A DNA stretch of 32,000 bases from Synechocystis sp. PCC 6803 substr. PCC-P (GTDB lineage Bacteria; Cyanobacteriota; Cyanobacteriia; Cyanobacteriales; Microcystaceae): contig NC_017039.1 in assembly GCF_000284455.1 (NCBI RefSeq), forward strand, positions 3,270,001-3,302,000, given 5' to 3'. The notes under the pieces are model-generated. The model worked only from the letters and a program-made list of their open reading frames with translations. It did no database searches and was not told where the DNA came from. This document shows, one piece after another, positions 1-9,780 of this stretch. Numbering within the stretch: the stretch's first letter is position 1; each line of letters opens with the position of its first letter. A program made the position numbers and the translations under genes.

Positions 1-1269
1 GTTGACCAAGCAAAATTGTTCCTGGGTTTAGACTTTGGTACGTCCGGGGCGAGGGCGGCGGTAATTGATCAAAATAAAGAGTTAATTTGGCAGGAAAAAG
101 TCCAGTTTTCCCAGGTTCCCGGCCCCCAATTGGTTACCATCTGGCGGGAAAGTTTGTTTCATCTTTTAGATCAAATTCCCGATGAACTAAGCAGTCAAAT
201 CCAGGCGATCGCCATTGATGGCACTTCCTCCACGGTTTTACTGTTGGATAGCCAAGGCAATGGGTTAATGGAGCCTCTGTTGTATAACGATGACCGGGGC
301 AAAGAAGTTAAGCATTTATTATCAGCAATAGCTCCAGCAGATCATTTAGTGCAAAGTGCTACTTCTAGCCTAGCCAAACTGCTTTGGTACTCCCAACAAC
401 CGGAGTTTGAACGAGCTAATTACTTTTGTCATCAAGCGGATTGGTTAGCAAGTTTGCTCCATGGTGGCAGACCCGTTAGTGATTATCACAATGCCCTCAA
501 GCTGGGCTACAATCCCCACAATTTAACCTATCCTGATTGGTTAAAAAATGCTTCTTGGTTTGCCCTTTTACCTCCAGTAATTGCCCCCGGTAAAGCAATT
601 TCCCGCTTATCTCCCAGCATTGCCAACGCAGAAAAATTCCCTAAAAATTATTTGGTTTGTGCCGGCACCACGGACAGCATTGCTGCTTTTTTAGCCAGTG
701 GCGCAACGCAACCAGGGGAAGCGGTCACTTCTTTGGGTTCCACTCTGGTGCTGAAGTTACTAAGTGAAAAGCCAGTGACGGATCTAGCTAGCGGTATTTA
801 TAGCCATCGTCTAGGCGATTTATGGTTAACGGGGGGAGCTTCCAATGCGGGGGGAGCAGTGTTACAACATTATTTTTCGTCAACGCAGTTAACAGCATTA
901 AGTGCCAAAATTAATCCCCATCAACCTAGTGACTTAGATTACTATCCCCTTTTGCAACCGGGGGAAAGATTTCCCATTAATGACCCTAATTTATTACCCC
1001 GCTTGGAACCCAGACCAGAGAATGATGCAATTTTTTTACAAGGTTTATTGGAAGGTTTAGCTCGCATTGAAGCCCAGGGTTATGAAAAGTTGCAAAAGTT
1101 GGGGGCAACAACCTTAACAAAGGTGTTTACTGCTGGGGGTGGGGCACAGAATTTAACTTGGCAAACTATTCGGCAAAATTTGCTCCAGGTTCCGGTACAA
1201 AAATCCGTTCAGTCAGAAGCGGCCTATGGTTCTGCTTGTTTAGCTAGAAGTAGTAAATCTTGGGAATGA
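1..1269 (+). CDS. FGGY-family carbohydrate kinase (xylulokinase/ribulokinase-like), 5' end may lie outside the window
   Basis: Motif LGLDFGTSGARAAVID (phosphate-1 motif of the actin/hexokinase fold), AIDGTSST, DRG, and TGGASNAGG near the C-terminal half. The frame is open to base 1, so the TTG at 16 is unlikely to be the true start. Confidence 0.85.
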   Translation, partial: VDQAKLFLGLDFGTSGARAAVIDQNKELIWQEKVQFSQVPGPQLVTIWRESLFHLLDQIPDELSSQIQAIAIDGTSSTVLLLDSQGNGLMEPLLYNDDRGKEVKHLLSAIAPADHLVQSATSSLAKLLWYSQQPEFERANYFCHQADWLASLLHGGRPVSDYHNALKLGYNPHNLTYPDWLKNASWFALLPPVIAPGKAISRLSPSIANAEKFPKNYLVCAGTTDSIAAFLASGATQPGEAVTSLGSTLVLKLLSEKPVTDLASGIYSHRLGDLWLTGGASNAGGAVLQHYFSSTQLTALSAKINPHQPSDLDYYPLLQPGERFPINDPNLLPRLEPRPENDAIFLQGLLEGLARIEAQGYEKLQKLGATTLTKVFTAGGGAQNLTWQTIRQNLLQVPVQKSVQSEAAYGSACLARSSKSWE

Positions 1270-1335
1270 AGATTAAATCATCGTCCCTAGATGGTTGTCT
1301 ACAATATAATCAACCAAACCCTACACCCAAATTTT

Positions 1336-1491
1336 ATGAAGCTGAAAGTATTAGTCTGGCAAGAACAAGACCAATGGTGCGCTTCTGTTCCTGCTTTGCC
1401 TGGATGTCACACTTGGGGGAATAGTTACGATCATCTGATGGAAATGGTCAAAGAAGCTGTGGAAGGATGGCTTGAAGTTGCTAGTAAATAA
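1336..1491 (+). CDS. HicB-like (UPF0150-type) small protein, putative antitoxin; ORF track extends to 1291 but the internal ATG at 1336 gives the canonical N-terminus
   Basis: [50 protein letters not shown] matches the HicB-type pattern (xxG.w.a.vP.LPGc.t.G.t.eea..n..eAi..wle). Confidence 0.7.
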   Translation: MKLKVLVWQEQDQWCASVPALPGCHTWGNSYDHLMEMVKEAVEGWLEVASK

Positions 1492-1519
1492 GAAGAGGCG
1501 ATCGCCAAGAACAACAAGT

Positions 1520-1843
1520 ATGAGCCACACTTTTCAGCAGATTTTACAATTGATAGAGAAACAGGAAGTTAAAATATCTGCCCATGGCTACGACGAACTG
1601 GCCAGCGATAACATTTTTGTGACGGAACTTCTGTCCAGCGTGAATCAAGCCGAGGTTATAGAAGACTATCCTGATTATCCCAAAGGAGCTTGTGTCCTTG
1701 TTTTACAAAAAGATTTACAAAATCAGCCTATCCATGCCGTTTGGGGAATACCCAAAAATTCAGATTCTCCCGCTGTTTTAATTACGGCTTATCGGCCTAG
1801 TAACAACAAATGGGAAAACGACTACAAAACAAGAAAATTATGA
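1520..1843 (+). CDS. DUF4258-like small protein, putative toxin component
   Basis: [38 protein letters not shown]...[20 protein letters not shown]...[28 protein letters not shown]: 'H...ELA.D.I...ei...V..ae.iE.YPdyp.G...Lvl.....piHvVwgi......[10 protein letters not shown]...W' pattern. The ATG at 1520 is preferred over the ORF-track start at 1472. Confidence 0.65.
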   Translation: MSHTFQQILQLIEKQEVKISAHGYDELASDNIFVTELLSSVNQAEVIEDYPDYPKGACVLVLQKDLQNQPIHAVWGIPKNSDSPAVLITAYRPSNNKWENDYKTRKL

Positions 1844-2058
1844 ACACCAGAACCCAAACAAAAATTATTCACGAAGGGGACTATATGGCAGAAGTTCAAG
1901 TTGAGCTAACCTACACTGATCATGATTGGTCTCCTTACTTATCTCTTACAGAAGCGCAAAAACTTGATCAACTCAGGCTGGCCCTGCGCAGAAATGATGT
2001 TAAAACTGCGTCTAGTCTTGCTCGTGTCTACCATCTGACCCCCGTTGTGGTCGCTTAA
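1840..2058 (+). CDS. Small acidic protein translationally coupled to the DUF4258-like gene, putative antitoxin partner
   Basis: The ATG at 1840 overlaps the upstream TGA at 1841-1843 (ATGA overlap). Product is [72 protein letters not shown]. Confidence 0.55.
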   Translation: MNTRTQTKIIHEGDYMAEVQVELTYTDHDWSPYLSLTEAQKLDQLRLALRRNDVKTASSLARVYHLTPVVVA

Positions 2059-2372
2059 TAAAAAGCTGATTCAAACAGAAAAAATGATGAATTGCAATGC
2101 CATGGCGACAGCAGGTTATAACGAAAGCCCACCTTCCGCAGGTTCCACTAATAGTGGTAAATTTTTCACAAATATACCACCTATAGCGTAGTCTTTTTGC
2201 ACTTTTGGGCTGAGGGCAAAAAGGAAAAGCTTGAAATGGGCTTGGTGTCGTACTCAACCATAAATAAAAATACACTACCTGCGGAATGTAGGATAAAAGG
2301 CAGAGCTAAGGAAATAGACTTATCGCAGTCCTATATTTTGTACTGACAACAACCTCGGTTTAGTGATCTTCA

Positions 2373-3065
2373 TCAGCATTTCTTGGTGTTCCTTGCGTCT
2401 ATTGCATAGCCACGGGGACTTTTGCCCTCACCACTGAGATACAGCCGGTTCTTTTCCACTAAATTACGGGCTAATTCATCCAATTCACCAGGCGTTAATC
2501 CCCGCTTGTACTCAGTGCAAAGTCTTCTCACTATGCGGGACTCAGTTTCTTTGACTGTTGGGCCACCAGGGTAGCGAGTACGGAGAGGGGTCGGCAGTGC
2601 AGAGCGAGGAATGAATTCTACTTCTGTCCTGGTGGGGAGATTGGGAGGGCTGGAAGGAAAATCAATCTCAATGTAGTCATTTCTCTGTAATCCCTGGCGT
2701 ATTTGGGGTGGTTGGCTAGAAACGGGAGCAATGGTCGAAGTTGAGGTGGATGGAATGACCACACCATTGCTACTGTTTGGGGTATTACTAAATCGCTCTT
2801 CTACGGTGATTGGAATTGAGTTAACTTGATTGGAATTACTGCGATATCTATAGGGAGTGTATTGTCTTTGTAATTGTTCTAAATCTTGCCTAGGCTGGTT
2901 AAACTTCGCCGGTAATGCTTGAGGAGAGCGAATCTGAACTGGTATCGGTTCATTGTTGGTGCGAGATTTAACCCAGTCCAACCACCAATTAAATTCTTCC
3001 GTTTGGGCGCTGGCTGAAGGTGCCAGGGTGCCGATCGCCAGTAAGGCAAGGGTAAAAGTACGCAT
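2373..3065 (-). CDS. Hypothetical exported protein with N-terminal signal peptide, low-complexity Ser/Pro/Thr/Gln region
   Basis: MRTFTLALLAIGTLAPSASAQ has a signal-peptide shape; the ATG at 3065 is preferred over the ORF-track start at 3134. Confidence 0.6.
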   Translation of the reverse strand: MRTFTLALLAIGTLAPSASAQTEEFNWWLDWVKSRTNNEPIPVQIRSPQALPAKFNQPRQDLEQLQRQYTPYRYRSNSNQVNSIPITVEERFSNTPNSSNGVVIPSTSTSTIAPVSSQPPQIRQGLQRNDYIEIDFPSSPPNLPTRTEVEFIPRSALPTPLRTRYPGGPTVKETESRIVRRLCTEYKRGLTPGELDELARNLVEKNRLYLSGEGKSPRGYAIDARNTKKC

Positions 3066-3140
3066 GGGGTTTTGTTTGTGTTGGTAGCTTATTTTGGCGA
3101 TCGTCTTTACATTCGAGAATTTGCATCTGTCCACATTATT

Positions 3141-5750
3141 CTAAAGGTTCGTGACGGATGTATCGGTTGATGCTTTAATCACAGTTTCCAATTTAGCAAG
3201 GCGACTTTGGAGATCTTGATTTTCCTGTTGGAGTTTTTCCAGGTTAGTTTGCAAATTTTTAATTTTTTCGTCACTGCCAATTTTGGCTTGGACTTTTTTA
3301 ACCGCCTCTTCCGCCATGCGCCGCACCCGACCATCGGGGGTTTGGTTGGCAAGATTTTGCGAAATATCGATCGCCTTGGGGGTTTCCATTTGGCCAAGGG
3401 CAGAAGTAACAGAAACTTGGGTGAGGAAAAATTCTTCCTGGGCGATCGCCGTTAGTCGTTCCAGAATCTCCGTTAACTTTTCCGGGGATTGACCGATGGA
3501 AACAGCACCTAAAGCTCGAATGGCAGCTAAACGCAGGGGTTGGGGCGTACCATTGGCAGTATAGGCTAAAATTGCGTCCACCGCTTGGGCAGAAGTGGTC
3601 AGTTGGCTCAAACCGGCGATCGCCCCACAACGGACAACTTCATTCCAGCCGGAGCGATTTTTTAAAACTTCTGTCAATTGTTGAATAATTTCCCCTTCGT
3701 TATTTTTGAGCAGACCAGTGCCGAGGGCACCCAGGGCCGTCGCCGCTGCCGCTTCAGCGTAATAACTGGTTTCTCCTTGGGTCAAACATTTTTTCAAAGC
3801 TTCGTAACTAGCTTCGGTTTTTACCTTGGCTAAGGCTGAAATAATCGCCCGCCGCACTTTGGGGTGGTCGTTTTTGTCTAAACCATTGATTAATGCCGTT
3901 CCCGCTTGTTCCAGGTTAATACCCGCTAATTGCTCGGCAATCTCCACCCGCACACCCCAGAAAGCTTCTTTTTGCAATCTTTCGCCTAAAAATTCCACCG
4001 CTTCCAAACCGCCTTGTTTGCCAATGGCGATCGCCGCTTGAATGCGGGCAATGGGATCGGGGTCATGGGTACATTGGGCTTTTAATTCCGTTAAAGGATA
4101 GGCTAATTCTACGGTTTTAAGGAAATTATTGCCCTGGTCAAAACTGATAAAATCTGGCTTACGGGTTAGGGGAAAATAAAAAACCTGCTCCCGTTCTTTG
4201 AGTTGTAAAGGAATAACTTGACTGGTAACTTTTTCTCCGTCTAAAAAATTAAAAGCAACAGGGATTTTTAGGTTAAACAAATCTTTGTGGTCACTATTAG
4301 CCTTGGCTTGGGTTTGGGTCACCGTTAACTTGGCTAATTTATTGTCATTATCCCAACTGTAACTAACTTTAAATTCAGGGTGACCGCCCCGGAAAACATA
4401 CTGATCAAACAGCCAGAGTAAATTAAAGCCCGTAGCCTTTTCAATGGCCCGCAGTAAGTCCACAGTTTCCACAGTGCCATGGGCATGGTCATTCACAAAA
4501 GTATGGACAGCTCTAAAAAATAGCTCATCCCCCAACACCGCCCGGATCATGTGGTAAACACAGGCTCCCTTTTCATACAAATGGCGATCGTAAAGCTCAA
4601 TGGCTTCGCGATAAACGTGGGTAACAATGGGACGACGGTAGCGGGAACTATCCTCTGCTAAATAGTTACGAGCTTCCCCCAACAGGTAATAGGCCGCCTC
4701 ATCCTGGCCATATTCATGGTCTGTCCATAAAACCTCAGCATAGGAAGCCATACCTTCCTTGAGCCAAGCATGGGACCAATGTTTAACAACAACTAAATCC
4801 CCAAACCATTGGTGCGCCAATTCATGGGCTACTAAACTTTCCGTATTGCGGTTATCTAATGCCGCCCGTTCATCTAGTAAACACCGGTCCATTAATAGGG
4901 TGGTGGAAGTGTTTTCCATGCCCCCGAAAATGAAATCTGCCACGCAAACTTGGTCATAGTTGGGGTAGGCATAGGGATAACCAAAAGTTTGGTTAAAAAA
5001 CTCGATCATTCGGGGAGTTTTGCCCATGCTCCGTTGTCCATCGGCTTCCCTTCCTTTTTCCACGTAGTAGCGCACTGGCAGATCGCCATAATGATCTACT
5101 ATTTCGGCAAAGTCTCCGATCGCCAGGGTCATTAAATAGGTAGGGTGAATTTGACTTTGGGACCAGTGGAAAATTTGCTCATTGCCTAAATCTTTTTGCT
5201 CAATTAAACTGCCGTTGGAAATAACCCGATGGGGTTTGGCTACCTGCACCCGAATTTCCGATGTGGCCAATTGTCCTGGGTAATCAAAACAGGGGAACCA
5301 ATAGCGGGAATCTTCATCTTCCCCCTGGGTCCACACTTGCACCGGCTTATCGGGGTAATGGCGATCGGGCTGGATAAAATAAATGCCCCGGCGGGGATTT
5401 TTCAATTCGTACTGAATTTCCAGGGTGACCGGTTCCGTTCCCAGGGGTTGCAATGGGTTGATGGTTAATTTTTCCCCGTCATAGTCAAAGCTTTGGCTCA
5501 CCCCCTTAATTAAGACCCAGGCAATTTTCAAGTCCACTGCGTCCAACGTCAATTGCTCAATGCCAGCTCGCACCGGCGTGAGGGCGATGCGACAAACTCC
5601 CTGTAAATGCCGTTCCTCCAGGTTGATTTTCAAGTCCAAAAAAATATGATTTACCTGCCCCGGGCGATCTGGATTGTAGTGGGGCTTAGCACCGGGCAGT
5701 TCAAAGCTTTTCCGTTGGTTGGACTCGGTATCAAAGGTTAAAAACGACAT
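3141..5750 (-). CDS. pepN: M1-family aminopeptidase (aminopeptidase N) with HEAT-like C-terminal region
   Basis: GGMENT exopeptidase motif and VAHELAHQWFGDLV...WLKEG (HExxH-x18-E) are present, with Ala-rich helical repeats in the C-terminal region. Confidence 0.95.
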   Translation of the reverse strand: MSFLTFDTESNQRKSFELPGAKPHYNPDRPGQVNHIFLDLKINLEERHLQGVCRIALTPVRAGIEQLTLDAVDLKIAWVLIKGVSQSFDYDGEKLTINPLQPLGTEPVTLEIQYELKNPRRGIYFIQPDRHYPDKPVQVWTQGEDEDSRYWFPCFDYPGQLATSEIRVQVAKPHRVISNGSLIEQKDLGNEQIFHWSQSQIHPTYLMTLAIGDFAEIVDHYGDLPVRYYVEKGREADGQRSMGKTPRMIEFFNQTFGYPYAYPNYDQVCVADFIFGGMENTSTTLLMDRCLLDERAALDNRNTESLVAHELAHQWFGDLVVVKHWSHAWLKEGMASYAEVLWTDHEYGQDEAAYYLLGEARNYLAEDSSRYRRPIVTHVYREAIELYDRHLYEKGACVYHMIRAVLGDELFFRAVHTFVNDHAHGTVETVDLLRAIEKATGFNLLWLFDQYVFRGGHPEFKVSYSWDNDNKLAKLTVTQTQAKANSDHKDLFNLKIPVAFNFLDGEKVTSQVIPLQLKEREQVFYFPLTRKPDFISFDQGNNFLKTVELAYPLTELKAQCTHDPDPIARIQAAIAIGKQGGLEAVEFLGERLQKEAFWGVRVEIAEQLAGINLEQAGTALINGLDKNDHPKVRRAIISALAKVKTEASYEALKKCLTQGETSYYAEAAAATALGALGTGLLKNNEGEIIQQLTEVLKNRSGWNEVVRCGAIAGLSQLTTSAQAVDAILAYTANGTPQPLRLAAIRALGAVSIGQSPEKLTEILERLTAIAQEEFFLTQVSVTSALGQMETPKAIDISQNLANQTPDGRVRRMAEEAVKKVQAKIGSDEKIKNLQTNLEKLQQENQDLQSRLAKLETVIKASTDTSVTNL

Positions 5751-5948
5751 GGGGAAAGTTTCGCCGGGTTAAGGAAATGGAACCTTTCAAACCATAACCC
5801 TGAAAGCATTTCTGTGACAACCATGGCGACAAAATGGGCATAAGCAAGAAAAATCCCCCTAGGGTAAGGAGGATTAAGCAAAACTAAGGGTGTTTATTAC
5901 CTAGTCAATTTTTACTGCGTTAATGAGCCCAAAAATCAGTGAGTAAAC

Positions 5949-6962
5949 CTATTTCCAGTTTTTAGCCACAATTTCAGCCAAGTCCACCACCCGTTGGGAA
6001 TAGCCCCATTCGTTGTCGTACCAAGCAATGACTTTAACCATGTCACCGCCCATTACCATGGTCAGACTACCATCCACAGTGGAAGAGCAATCCGTGCCCC
6101 GGAAGTCGCTGGAAACCAATTCCAAATCGGTGTATTCCAACACTCCTTTAAGGCTGGTGTTGGCTGCTTCTTTGAGCACTCCGTTAACCTGTTCAGCGAT
6201 GGTGTTTTTCTCTACTTGTACTACCAAATCCACCACGGAAACGTTGGGGGTGGGCACCCGCAGGGCAATACCGTTCAATTTGCCTTGCAGTTCAGGAATT
6301 ACCAGGGCCACCGCTTTGGCAGCTCCGGTGGAGGTGGGCACGATGTTAACGGCAGCAGCCCGGGCCCGGCGTAGATCCCGGTGGCTAGCATCGAGGATCC
6401 GTTGGTCTCCGGTGTAGCTGTGGGTGGTGGTCATGGTGCCTTTGATGATGCCAAAATTGTCGTTGATTACTTTGGCGATCGGGGCGAGGCAGTTGGTAGT
6501 ACAACTAGCGTTACTAATTACTTCGTATTCTTCGTGCTTATATTCGTGGGCATTGACCCCCACCACATAGGTGCCGATGTTGGGCCCCTTGCCAGGAGCA
6601 GTGATTAAAACTTTTTTGGCTCCGGCTTGAACGTGCTTGGTGGCCCCTTCATGGGTAACAAAAACACCGGTGGCTTCGATGACTAGATCTACATTCCATT
6701 CTGCCCAGGGCAAATTGAGGGGATTCCGGTCGGAAACACATTTAATAGTCTTGCCATTGACGGTAATGGAGTTTTCGTCGGCACTGATGTCCGCATCCAA
6801 CTTACCCAACATGGAGTCGTAGCGCAAAAGGTGAGCATTGGTTCTGGGATCAGAGGTGTCGTTGATACCGACTACTTCTAACTGGCTATCGGTGCGCCCC
6901 AGCCAGCAACGGAGAAAGTTGCGTCCGATCCGTCCAAATCCGTTAATTGCTACTCTAGTCAC
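5949..6962 (-). CDS. gap2: Glyceraldehyde-3-phosphate dehydrogenase, phosphorylating, Gap2 type (Calvin cycle)
   Basis: [35 protein letters not shown] active site, [10 protein letters not shown], and [15 protein letters not shown]. Confidence 0.96.
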   Translation of the reverse strand: MTRVAINGFGRIGRNFLRCWLGRTDSQLEVVGINDTSDPRTNAHLLRYDSMLGKLDADISADENSITVNGKTIKCVSDRNPLNLPWAEWNVDLVIEATGVFVTHEGATKHVQAGAKKVLITAPGKGPNIGTYVVGVNAHEYKHEEYEVISNASCTTNCLAPIAKVINDNFGIIKGTMTTTHSYTGDQRILDASHRDLRRARAAAVNIVPTSTGAAKAVALVIPELQGKLNGIALRVPTPNVSVVDLVVQVEKNTIAEQVNGVLKEAANTSLKGVLEYTDLELVSSDFRGTDCSSTVDGSLTMVMGGDMVKVIAWYDNEWGYSQRVVDLAEIVAKNWK

Positions 6963-7216
6963 GTTCGTCTTGCCCTCTCTGTTTTAGCTCAGTACATTTA
7001 AGGATTATTAATGACACCAATCATATCCTATTGCCTGAACACTTAGATCCCGAATTTCAAAGGGGGGGTGGGAATCTTTTTCCCTTTCTCTCCGTCGCTG
7101 TTTACCGTGGCCTCTGGGTTTTGTCTATGCCTGGGGGTAGAGTTTTTGCTATGATGTCGCTCAATTACAGGTGCGGTGAACCGGCAGGTGATTGTAGACG
7201 TTAACATTTATGGCTT

Positions 7217-8734
7217 GTGAGGAGCGTTGCTGTGGGTGCTGTGGATTTTAGTGGTCGTCCTTTCCATTTCTTGGGAATTGGGGGCATTGGTATGTCGGCT
7301 TTGGCCTACGTCCTCGCAAAACGCCATCTGCCTGTGTCGGGCTCTGACCTACGCCGCACCCATATTACCGATCGCCTGGAGTCCGTGGGGGCAAAAATCT
7401 TCCAAGATCAGGTGCCGGAGAATTTAGACTATTTTCAATCCCTGCAAGTTAACCCAGCGGTGGCTTTACCCACTGGCTCCCCCGGTTCAGGTTTAACCCT
7501 GGAGCAGATTGCCGAATCGGCCAGCAACGGAGTCAACGGCAATGGCCGCTACCAAACCCATTGTTTACCCCAGGTGGTGTGCTCCACTGCCATTAATGAG
7601 GGAAATTTAGAGTACCAAGGGGCGATCGCCAAAAATTGTCCTATCTATCACCGCTCCGATATTTTGGCGGCCTTGATTGCGGAGTCCCGGGGCATTGGGG
7701 TGGCGGGCACCCACGGCAAAACCACCACCAGTAGCTTAATTGGCTATGTATTAAAGGAAGCTGGGTTAGACCCCACCATTGTGGTGGGAGGGGAAGTGGA
7801 TGCTTGGCAGGGTAATGCTTATCTGGGTTCGGGGGAGTATTTGGTGGCGGAAGTGGACGAGTCCGATGGCTCCTTGACCAAGCACCATCCAGAGATCGGC
7901 ATTGTCACCAATATTGAATTAGACCATCCCGACCATTACTCCACCTTGGCCGAGGTGGTGGAAATTTTCCGTACTTTTGAATCCCATTGCCAAACTTTAA
8001 TCGGTTGTTTGGACTGTGGTGTGGTGCGGCAACATCTTTCCCCCACCATTACCTATAGTTTAGAAAATCATCCCGAAGCGGATTACCAGGCCCGGCAAAT
8101 TAAGCGTCAAGCCCATGGTAATGAGGTAGAAGTATGGGAGAGGGGAGTTTGTTTGGGCACCATGACTGTGACTTTGCCCGGTGACCATAACATTAGTAAT
8201 GCCTTGGCCGCGGTGGCGGTGGGCCGTTTACTCGGTTTAGATTTCCCCGTTATTGCCCAGGCGATCGCCAGTTTTAATGGTGCCAAACGGCGCTTTGAGT
8301 GCAAAGGTTACTGCAACGGCATTACCTTTATTGATGACTACGCTCACCACCCTAGTGAACTGCTGGCAACCCTAGCCGCCGCTAAGCAAAAAGTAACCCA
8401 TGGCAAATACGAACGGGTAGTGGCCATTTTCCAGCCCCATCGCTACAGCCGGACCCATACTTTTATGGCGGAATTTGCCACTGCGTTTAAGGATGCGGAT
8501 TTGGTGGTCTTAACTGATATTTACAGTGCTGGGGAGCAAAATCCCTACAACATCCGGGGGGAAGATTTAGCTAAGGCGGTGGGTCAACACCATGGGCATG
8601 TGGTTTACCAGCCCCGATTGACGGAATTGAGGGAATTTTTGCCTAAAGTTTTGCAGAGTGGTGATTTGGCGCTATTTTTAGGGGCGGGCAACCTCAATCA
8701 GCAGATTGCGCCGGTACTGGCGGCCTGCGCCTAG
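7217..8734 (+). CDS. murC: UDP-N-acetylmuramate--L-alanine ligase
   Basis: HFLGIGGIGMSALAYVLA, GVAGTHGKTTTSSLIG, DESDGSLTKHHP, and FIDDYAHHPSEL; canonical MurC motifs. Confidence 0.95.
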   Translation: MRSVAVGAVDFSGRPFHFLGIGGIGMSALAYVLAKRHLPVSGSDLRRTHITDRLESVGAKIFQDQVPENLDYFQSLQVNPAVALPTGSPGSGLTLEQIAESASNGVNGNGRYQTHCLPQVVCSTAINEGNLEYQGAIAKNCPIYHRSDILAALIAESRGIGVAGTHGKTTTSSLIGYVLKEAGLDPTIVVGGEVDAWQGNAYLGSGEYLVAEVDESDGSLTKHHPEIGIVTNIELDHPDHYSTLAEVVEIFRTFESHCQTLIGCLDCGVVRQHLSPTITYSLENHPEADYQARQIKRQAHGNEVEVWERGVCLGTMTVTLPGDHNISNALAAVAVGRLLGLDFPVIAQAIASFNGAKRRFECKGYCNGITFIDDYAHHPSELLATLAAAKQKVTHGKYERVVAIFQPHRYSRTHTFMAEFATAFKDADLVVLTDIYSAGEQNPYNIRGEDLAKAVGQHHGHVVYQPRLTELREFLPKVLQSGDLALFLGAGNLNQQIAPVLAACA

Positions 8735-8805
8735 GCTGGGCAAACTAACCTAGGGTTATCTTTGACCGTTTCTTCCTGTCCCGCTAATTTTCCGGACCAA
8801 CCGCC

Positions 8806-9759
8806 ATGATTATTTCCCCCGCTACCCGTCCCACCCCCATGGAAACTCCGGCGATCGCCTTGGCGGGAACAGGGACTATTATTCAGCCTGAAACAAGTCT
8901 GGCGGAATTCACTACCTATCGAGTGGGAGGCAAAGCGGAGTGGTATGCGGCCCCCCGTTGCCTGGAGGATTTAGTCGCTGTATTGGACTGGTTTCAGGGT
9001 CAGGATTTACCGTTAACTTTTTTAGGGGCCGGGTCAAACCTGTTAATTAGTGACCAAGGCTTAGCCGGTTTGGTACTAAGCACCCGTTATCTCCGGCAAA
9101 GCAAGTTTGATGAAGAACAGGGTTTAATTACCGTGGCCGCCGGGGAACCGATCGCCAAAGTAGGTTGGCAGGCCGCAAAACGAGGCTGGCAAGGACTGGA
9201 GTGGGCTGTGGGCATTCCCGGTACGGTGGGGGGCGCTGTGGTGATGAACGCCGGGGCCCATAATCAATGCACAGCGGAAACATTGGTGGAAGCGACGGTA
9301 ATGCGTCCCGACGGCGGTTTAGAAGTTTTAACCAACGAGCAATTAGGTTTCAGTTATCGCACCTCTAATCTACAAAAACATCTTGGCGATCGCCTGGTGG
9401 TGGATGCCACGTTTAAGTTAACGCCGGGATTCACCAGGGAAGAAATCATGGGCTGCACCACCCGTAATTTACATCAACGCAAAAGTACCCAACCCTACGA
9501 CAAACCCAACTGTGGCAGCGTGTTCCGCAATCCCACGCCCCTTTATTCAGCCCGTTTAATTGAAGAATTAGGACTCAAGGGTTACCGCATTGGTGGCGCG
9601 GAAGTATCCCAACGCCATGCGAACTTCATCGTTAATATTGACAATGCTAAAGCCCAGGATGTATTCAACCTCATTTTCCATGTGCAAGGGGAAGTGGAAA
9701 AACACTACGGCATCCTCTTAGAGCCAGAAGTGAAAATGCTGGGGGAGTTTGCTCGATGA
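8806..9759 (+). CDS. murB: UDP-N-acetylenolpyruvoylglucosamine reductase
   Basis: TTYRVGGKAEWY, FLGAGSNLLISDQGL, GIPGTVGGAVVMNAGAH, NCGSVFRNP, and QRHANFIVN. Confidence 0.95.
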   Translation: MIISPATRPTPMETPAIALAGTGTIIQPETSLAEFTTYRVGGKAEWYAAPRCLEDLVAVLDWFQGQDLPLTFLGAGSNLLISDQGLAGLVLSTRYLRQSKFDEEQGLITVAAGEPIAKVGWQAAKRGWQGLEWAVGIPGTVGGAVVMNAGAHNQCTAETLVEATVMRPDGGLEVLTNEQLGFSYRTSNLQKHLGDRLVVDATFKLTPGFTREEIMGCTTRNLHQRKSTQPYDKPNCGSVFRNPTPLYSARLIEELGLKGYRIGGAEVSQRHANFIVNIDNAKAQDVFNLIFHVQGEVEKHYGILLEPEVKMLGEFAR

Positions 9760-9780
9760 ACACTATTAAACCTTTGTCAA

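Noticed and set aside
2012-2275. 87-aa minus ORF downstream of the small TA-like cassette
   Set aside because: Its translation is unconvincing and overlaps the end of a better-supported ORF; no ribosome-binding site or family feature was seen.
3298-3630. 110-aa ORF on - strand inside pepN
   Set aside because: It is in another frame of the pepN coding region and has no family features.
5994-6417. ORFs of 126 and 134 aa on + strand antisense to gap2
   Set aside because: These are opposite-strand shadows of a highly expressed conserved gene, low in complexity and mutually overlapping.
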